Source of the DNA: Chitinophagaceae bacterium | Lineage (GTDB): Bacteria > Bacteroidota > Bacteroidia > Chitinophagales > Chitinophagaceae | DNA: 64,000 bases | NCBI GenBank assembly: GCA_024707305.1 | Contig: JANPZZ010000010.1 | Span: 45,531 to 109,530, forward strand | Direction of reading: 5' to 3' | Made by a program: the position numbers and the translations under genes | In this document: positions 58,020 to 64,000 of the stretch, one piece after another | Numbering within the stretch: position 1 is the first letter of the stretch | Layout of the letters: every line of letters starts with the position of its first letter | Notes under the pieces: generated by a model | The model's input: the letters and a program-made list of their open reading frames with translations, nothing else | Told to the model about the DNA's origin: nothing | The model's database searches: none

Positions 58020-59051
58020 ATGGCAAAAACAGAAAAAACAACCGACATGTCAACGAACAATGAAAAATTGAAAGCGCTTAAGCTTACGATGGACAAAATC
58101 GAGAAAGATTTTGGTAAGGGAAGTGTGATGATGATGAATGAACGTGGAGAGGTAACCCAGGAAGTAGTATCTACCGGTTCTATCGGTCTGGATACAGCAT
58201 TGGGTATTGGTGGTCTTCCCCGTGGACGTGTTATTGAAATATATGGACCTGAATCATCAGGTAAAACAACCATTGCCACCCATGTTATCGCCGAAGCACA
58301 GAAGAAAGGCGGCATGTGTGCCATCATTGATGCGGAACACGCATTTGATAGCAGCTATGCGCAAAAGCTCGGTGTAGATGTTGATAACCTGCTGATTTCT
58401 CAGCCCGACTATGGTGAGCAGGCACTTGAAATTGCCGATCGCCTTATTCTTTCCGGCGCACTGGATGTGGTTGTGATTGACTCGGTTGCCGCGCTGGTTC
58501 CTAAAGGAGAGCTGGAAGGTGAAATGGGCGACAGCAAAATGGGTCTGCAGGCACGTTTGATGAGCCAGGCGCTGCGTAAACTCACAGCTACCATCGCTAA
58601 AACAAATACCATCTGTATATTTATTAACCAGCTGCGTGAAAAAATTGGGGTGATGTTCGGCAACCCAGAAACAACCACCGGTGGTAATGCGCTTAAGTTC
58701 TACGCATCGGTTCGTCTGGATATCCGTCGCAGCACTCAAATTAAAGACGGTGACGCAGCAATCGGTAACCGCGTAAAAGTGAAAGTTGTTAAGAACAAAG
58801 TAGCACCCCCATTCAGGTCTGCAGAGTTCGACATCATATTTGGTGAAGGTGTTTCTAAAACAGGTGAGATCATTGACATGGGCGTTGAGCTCGGTATCGT
58901 TCAAAAAAGTGGTAGCTGGTTCAGCTACAACAGCGATAAACTGGGCCAGGGCCGCGATGCAGTGAAACAACTTCTCCAGGATAACCCCGAACTCTCAAAT
59001 GAGATCGAAGGCAAAATCCGGGAAAAGATTAAAGAAATGCAATCAGCCTAA
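58020..59051 (+). CDS. recA: recombinase RecA
   Basis: The start is taken at MAKTEKTT within ORF 57969..59051. Walker A is GPESSGKTT, and further motifs are [37 protein letters not shown]. Confidence 0.95.
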   Translation: MAKTEKTTDMSTNNEKLKALKLTMDKIEKDFGKGSVMMMNERGEVTQEVVSTGSIGLDTALGIGGLPRGRVIEIYGPESSGKTTIATHVIAEAQKKGGMCAIIDAEHAFDSSYAQKLGVDVDNLLISQPDYGEQALEIADRLILSGALDVVVIDSVAALVPKGELEGEMGDSKMGLQARLMSQALRKLTATIAKTNTICIFINQLREKIGVMFGNPETTTGGNALKFYASVRLDIRRSTQIKDGDAAIGNRVKVKVVKNKVAPPFRSAEFDIIFGEGVSKTGEIIDMGVELGIVQKSGSWFSYNSDKLGQGRDAVKQLLQDNPELSNEIEGKIREKIKEMQSA

Positions 59052-59099
59052 AATTTTCATCCTCAGCGTTTAAGCTGATTGGATGGGTTAGTGAAAGAG

Positions 59100-59139
59100 A
59101 GCTGTCTCACTGTAAGGAGGCAGCTTTTTTGTTTTTTTA
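59100..59139 (+). terminator. rho-independent terminator of recA
   Basis: Stem agctgtctc / gaggcagct (one G-U pair) with an 8-nt loop, followed by ttttttgttttttt. Confidence 0.65.
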
Positions 59140-59232
59140 TCAGCCGGAAAATTCAGATCGATGTTTAAACATTGTATATTTGTCTACCAATTCAGTCAAC
59201 AAAAACATCCTCACGGATGTTGAACCAAATCT

Positions 59233-59736
59233 ATGAGCACAGGCAAAGCCCATAAATGGAGCACCAAAAAGAAAGTGTTGTTAGGCATCGGCATCATTGT
59301 CGTTGCACTGGCAGCAGTTTACATCTATTATGCCACGCAAAAATATGCTGCTACCAAATCGGTTAAAGAAGATTACACAAAGAACGCCATTGAACTGATT
59401 CGGGAGTTTCGCGTAAACGACAGCCTGGCGAATGCAACTTACACCAACAGGATTATTGTTGTAACGGGCACTGTATCGGAACTGGAATCTGCCGATAGTA
59501 CATCGGTAAATATCAAGTTTATCGATCCCGACACAGGTGATTACTTAATTGTTGCCTTTCAGCAGCAATACCTGGAAGAAGCAAGAACCGTACGTGTTGG
59601 CGACAGCATTGCCATTAAAGGAAGCAGCAGCGGATCAAGCTTCAGTGAAATCATGGAAGTGTACACAATTCCGTTTCAAAGAGGCACACTGCACGCCAAT
59701 TATTCAAAACCCGGCGAACAGGCAGGCAACCCTTAA
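59233..59736 (+). CDS. OB-fold (tRNA_anti-like) membrane-anchored protein
   Basis: 167-aa ORF with an N-terminal TM helix, then ANATYTNRIIVVTGTVSELES .. VGDSIAIKGSSSG, typical of this small OB-fold family. Confidence 0.55.
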   Translation: MSTGKAHKWSTKKKVLLGIGIIVVALAAVYIYYATQKYAATKSVKEDYTKNAIELIREFRVNDSLANATYTNRIIVVTGTVSELESADSTSVNIKFIDPDTGDYLIVAFQQQYLEEARTVRVGDSIAIKGSSSGSSFSEIMEVYTIPFQRGTLHANYSKPGEQAGNP

Positions 59737-59803
59737 TTCAAAGTTTTCATCTCATATTTTATCATAAATCCAAAAAAAGATCACCCATCAAAACTCAGTA
59801 GGT

Positions 59804-60349
59804 ATGAAAAAAATGATTCTCTTCGTGGCGCTTGTAACAGTTACAGGTAGCATTTTCGCCCAAAAGAAAACAACTACATCGGCAACAGTAGCATTTGATG
59901 CAAGCACCGCTATCGATGCACTTCCTAAAGCTGAAAACAAAACTGTTGTTGCTGCGATCGATACTAAAACGGGTTCTGTCGCTTTTGAAGCAACAGTAAA
60001 AAACTTCGCGTTCTCTAACCCCACTATCCAGGATCACTTTAATGGCGAAAAATGGTTGAACTCCGACAATTTCCCAACCTTCATTTTCAAAGGAAAAATT
60101 GTTGACCCTTCAGCTGTTAACTATGCTAAAAACGGAACTTATAAAGTTGACGTAGAAGGTACATTGACGGTTCGTGGCAAAGAATTGCCCCTCACAACGC
60201 CTGCTACCATTGTGGTAAAAGATGGTGCAATCAACACTACTTCTAACTTTACAATCAAACTGGCTGACTACGGCATCACTGGCGCACCAATCGATGGTGG
60301 AAAAGTAGCAAAAGAGCCCAAAATCACCGTTAGCGCTGATTTTAAATAA
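59804..60349 (+). CDS. YceI family periplasmic protein
   Basis: 181-aa ORF with a signal peptide and YceI-like beta-barrel motifs (KNFAFSNPTIQDHFNGEKWLNSDNFPTFIFKGK .. GTLTVRGKELPL). Confidence 0.75.
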   Translation: MKKMILFVALVTVTGSIFAQKKTTTSATVAFDASTAIDALPKAENKTVVAAIDTKTGSVAFEATVKNFAFSNPTIQDHFNGEKWLNSDNFPTFIFKGKIVDPSAVNYAKNGTYKVDVEGTLTVRGKELPLTTPATIVVKDGAINTTSNFTIKLADYGITGAPIDGGKVAKEPKITVSADFK

Positions 60350-60378
60350 TTGAAACTCTTTCGGGTCTTTCAAAAAAA

Positions 60379-60408
60379 ACCTTTCAGGACTTCCTGAAAG
60401 GTTTTTTT
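60379..60408 (+). terminator. rho-independent terminator
   Basis: acctttcagg-actt-cctgaaaggt followed by a T7 run. Confidence 0.7.
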
Positions 60409-60533
60409 GTTCCTGATCTGACGCGTCATTAGCCACCAGCATCAACCCAATTAAATTTGATAATTGCGTAACCGTTTTACTTCGTGCTTACCTGAAAGGT
60501 TTTAATATCTTCGTAAAAACCAAATAACCCAGA

Positions 60534-61003
60534 ATGTCAAACCGGATATTAAGCACGCGGAAAAGAATTGCCCTTGTTGCTCACGACAATATGAAAGACG
60601 AAATGATACAATGGGCTGTGTACAATAAAGCGGCACTGGCCAAGCATCGTCTTTATGCAACCGGTACAACCGGGACGCTGTTGGAAACCGCACTTGATCA
60701 GTCGATATCCAAATTTTTTAAGTGGACCCTTAGGGAGGCGACCAGCAAATTGGCGCATCGATAGCTGAAGGAAAACTGGATGTGTTGATCTTCTTTTGGG
60801 ATCCGATGGAAGCGCAACCACACGATCCGGATATTAAAGCACTCCTGCGCGTGGCCGCTACATGGAATATTCCCACGGCATGTAACCGCGCCACAGCAGA
60901 CTTTCTACTTACCTCTCCACTAATGTACGCCGAATACGAACCGATTCTGGCAGACTTCAGTGGTTATGTAAATCGCAAAATTAATATTGATAAAAAAGAC
61001 TAG
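60534..61003 (+). pseudogene. mgsA: methylglyoxal synthase, two frameshifts (T6 run 60714-60719 and G run ~60737)
   Basis: The gene reads [18 protein letters not shown] .. [12 protein letters not shown], then LSGPLG / [23 protein letters not shown] in shifted frames. The C-terminal fragment is ORF 60782..61003. Confidence 0.85.
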
Positions 61004-62756
61004 CGCTTCACGATTCGCAAACGGGTATCCTGCTGTCCATCATTTAAACGCAAGTAATAAATTCCCGGTGTTAATGACGCTATTGATACTTCCAGGCGAC
61101 CCGCACTGGCCGTAATTGTAGAAGACTGCATCACCTGTTTACCACTGTTGTCGAATACCTGGTAGCTAAGATTTCTTGTTGAGGCAAAATCACCGGTGAT
61201 CCAAATCCTGTCGTTTGCAGGAACAGGAAATAATTGAATATCGCGGCTTGTATTCAGGTTGATAACGATGACTGTTGAGTAGTTAAATCGTCCAAACAAA
61301 TCATTCTGGCGTAAACGATAATACACCACAGGTGCACCTGCAGCAGTTACATTTTCATCCGTAAATGAATAGAAATGCGTGCCTGGAGTATTGGCAGCAT
61401 CTACGCGGCCAATGGCAGCAAAATCGCGACCATTTGTGCTTCTCTCAACGATAAAGTTGTCGGTATTCTCTTCCTGCACAGTTTTCCATGACAGGAGCGT
61501 ACTATTGTTTTGAAGTTTACCTTCAAATTTCAGCCACACCAGTGGAAGAACCACAGAGAAATTAAGCGCATACAGTTCACGCCCCATGGTCGATTCCTGG
61601 ATAGAAGCGTAGATCTTCAAATCTGTTTCCTGCAGTTCTCTAATCGTTCCCGTACCAGCGTCGGCAGTAATATTACTAATGCGTGTTCCAACGCTACTAC
61701 CATCACTTTGCCAATTTTTATCGCCATTCACACCATCATTACCTGTAAAAATTAATTGATTAACGAGCGTGGTAAAGTTGCCATTTGCGCCACTTGGCGT
61801 TCCAGGCCATACATCTTTTACCAATACTGTTCCGGCAGCAGTTCCATCGCTCTTCCACAATTCCATCCCATTAGCACCATTGTCAGCTGAGAAAAACAAA
61901 GTGCCGCCAACATTGCGCAGGTTAAATGGATAACTCTCACTTCCGCCAGTCCAGATATCTTTTACCATTACTGTGCCTGCTGCTGTTCCATCCGATTTCC
62001 AAAGTTCAGTTCCATTAATGCCATTTGTTGCAGAGAAAAATAGGGTTGATCCCACTACAACCAGGTTGCTGGGGTCGGAGCCATTAACACCCGGATAAAT
62101 GTCTTTCACCATTACAGTGCCTGCCGCCGTTCCATCTGTTTTCCAGAGTTCACGACCATTGTTACCATTATCTGCAGAGAAATAAATGACGCCATTCATG
62201 TTCACAAGATGCAAAGGAGATGAAGCGCCACTGGTGTGAATGTCTTTCACCATCACCGTACCTGCGGCTGTTCCATCCGTCTTTCCATAATTCCGCACCG
62301 TTTGCACCATCTGTTGCTGAAAACAACAACGTGCTTCCCATTGCAGCCAAAGCTGCAGGAAAACTCGAACCGTTACCAGCGCGAATGTCTTTTACCATCA
62401 CGGTTCCATCTGTTGTACCATCACTCTTCCACAACTCCACACCGTTGGTACCATTGTTTGCAACGAAATATACCTGCGACTCAACCGCCGTGATATAACC
62501 TATGCTGCTGCTACCACTGCCAGGAAAAATATCTTTCACCAACACAGTGCCGCTGGCCGTACCATCGCTCTTCCACAACTCCATACCATTGGTTCCATCA
62601 TTGGCACCAAAGAATACCTGGTTGTTGACTTTTTGTGAGATAAGAAATATTACTGCTGGCTGGCCCTGGATTAATGTCTTTAATCAGGGAAAAGTGCTGC
62701 GCCTGAATAGCTGAAATGGCACAGCCCAAAAGGAGGGTGAATAATGGCTTTTTCAT
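61000..62756 (-). pseudogene. ELWxxDGT repeat protein with T9SS C-terminal sorting domain, at least two frameshifts
   Basis: The signal peptide MKKPLFTLLLGCAISAIQAQ starts at 62756. There are repeated ELWKSDGTAAGTVMVKDI units and a C-terminal Por-secretion tail (IQLFPVPANDRIWI .. GIYYLRL). One frameshift is at the T5 run 62630-62634 and another within 62170-62310. Confidence 0.7.
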
Positions 62757-62972
62757 ACAAGGATCGGATAGAATTGGATTGTCCCGTATCCCTTTACAGG
62801 TAACTGAAAAAGTATACGATCGTTACAAACATCATACTTAACACGCTCAAAAGCAAACAAATACACGGTATATTTTACCAATTAAGGGATAACCATTATC
62901 GCCAATATGTGGATGCTTTTAGTAAACTGAAGAAATTATATTCATTCAGATCAGGGTTATCGTCATGTCCAT

Positions 62973-63007
62973 AAAAAACGCCTTCCTGTCAAAAGACCCG
63001 GAAGGCG
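62973..63007 (-). terminator. rho-independent terminator (minus strand)
   Basis: Stem cgccttcc / ggaaggcg with a 13-nt loop. On the minus strand it is followed by a T6 run (62973-62978). Confidence 0.5.
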
Positions 63008-63033
63008 CTTGTTTGAATCCTGTTAATCGATCG

Positions 63034-63132
63034 TTATGATTCCATCTTGGTTGCACATGCAATCCAGAAAACTGCTATTAGTAAACAGATAATGATCGGG
63101 ATGAATTTTGTAGATTTGTTGATAGCTGACAT
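63034..63132 (-). CDS. possible 32-aa small membrane or lipoprotein-like peptide
   Basis: My own translation is MSAINKSTKFIPIIICLLIAVFWIACATKMES. It has one hydrophobic helix, and the terminator lies about 25 nt downstream. There is no homology evidence. Confidence 0.3.
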   Translation of the reverse strand: MSAINKSTKFIPIIICLLIAVFWIACATKMES

Positions 63133-63241
63133 ACGGCAGGAATTGTTATTAATCGTTACTTTTCCAGACACAAATTCATTGCCAACCGCTGCACTCAACC
63201 TCCAATCATTTTTGTTAAAAGAGCTGAAAGACTTGTAGTAT

Positions 63242-64000
63242 ATGGGTTTTCAATTACATGCACCTTATTCGCCAGCGGGAGACCAACCCGAAGCAATTCG
63301 CCAGTTGACCGAAGGACTCAACAACGGTGAGGAATTTCAAACCTTACTGGGCGTAACAGGAAGTGGAAAAACTTTCACCATCGCAAATGTGATTCAAAAT
63401 GTGCAACGACCTACACTTGTGTTGACACATAACAAAACGCTTGTTGCACAATTGTATGGAGAGTTTCGCCAGTTTTTTTCCTGAGAATGCTGTTGAGTAT
63501 TTTGTTTCGTACTACGATTACTATCAACCGGAGGCATATATGCCTGTGAATGATGTGTACATTGAAAAAGATCTAAGCATCAACGAAGAACTGGATAAAC
63601 TGCGTTTACGAGCAACCACAAGTTTATTAAGTGGTCGTCGCGATATCATTGTAGTTGCAAGTGTGAGTTGTATCTATGGTATGGGAAATCCAACGGATTA
63701 TGAAAATGGTATCATCCGCATCAATCGCAAGCAGACCATTTCGCGGCAGGCTTTTTTACATTCTCTGGTAAATTCACTTTACAATCGTACATCGGTAGAT
63801 TTTACGCGAGGCACTTTCAGGGTGAAGGGAGACACGGTGGATATAAACCTTCCTTATGTTGACTATGGTTATCGTGTAACATTTTTCGGAGACGAGATTG
63901 AAGAAATTGAAAGCATTGACGTAACCAATGGAAAACGTATCGCAAAAATTGAAAACGCTGCTATCTTTCCTGCCAACCTGTATGTTGCTCCCAAAGACAT
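63242..64000 (+). pseudogene. uvrB: excinuclease ABC subunit B (5' part, continues beyond window), one frameshift at T7 run ~63471-63478
   Basis: The N-terminus is [25 protein letters not shown] with Walker A GVTGSGKT. After the shift the reading continues as [23 protein letters not shown] .. DLSINEELDKLRL. Confidence 0.9.

Noticed and set aside
1-64000. A genomic island, prophage, transposon or defence island.
   Set aside because: I saw no integrase, transposase, phage structural gene, tRNA attachment site, restriction-modification, toxin-antitoxin or other recognisable defence gene. Gene content is core metabolism, envelope and signalling.

Overview
This 64-kb segment looks like a chromosomal piece of a Bacteroidota genome, probably Chitinophagaceae or Sphingobacteriia-like. 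That placement is an inference from T9SS C-terminal sorting domains, a GldE-like protein, sigma-54, DUF2911/DUF3127/lmo0937-type genes and TAnnTTTG-like promoter boxes.

I can support about 60 protein genes:
- Housekeeping genes: xseAB, rpoN, recA, uvrB, tatC, rpiB, mgsA, asnB and a trans-sulfuration PLP enzyme.
- Envelope and secreted proteins.
- An 18-kb two-component signalling supercluster (17.1-35.0 kb) with five PAS-rich histidine kinases, six receiver proteins and a ChaA-type antiporter.

I saw no rRNA, tRNA, CRISPR array, transposase, integrase or recognisable defence gene.

Three things stand out:
1. Nearly every larger intergenic region holds a long imperfect hairpin element. Its two arms are tandem arrays of a short oligomer, mostly 7-mers, and the oligomer differs from locus to locus. 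Several elements share a conserved non-repetitive centre. A separate ~150-nt twin-hairpin module occurs twice in opposite orientation. This is my best candidate for something undescribed.
2. A perfect TGTAG-N8-CTACA palindrome occurs three times, each time upstream of a response-regulator gene.
3. About 20 genes are interrupted by at least ~30 single-base frameshifts, mostly at homopolymer runs. These include genes that should be indispensable, so sequence-quality artefacts are the likely cause. I merged the fragments and labelled them pseudogene, meaning 'disrupted as sequenced'.

All family calls come from reading the translated ORFs by eye. No database search was run.
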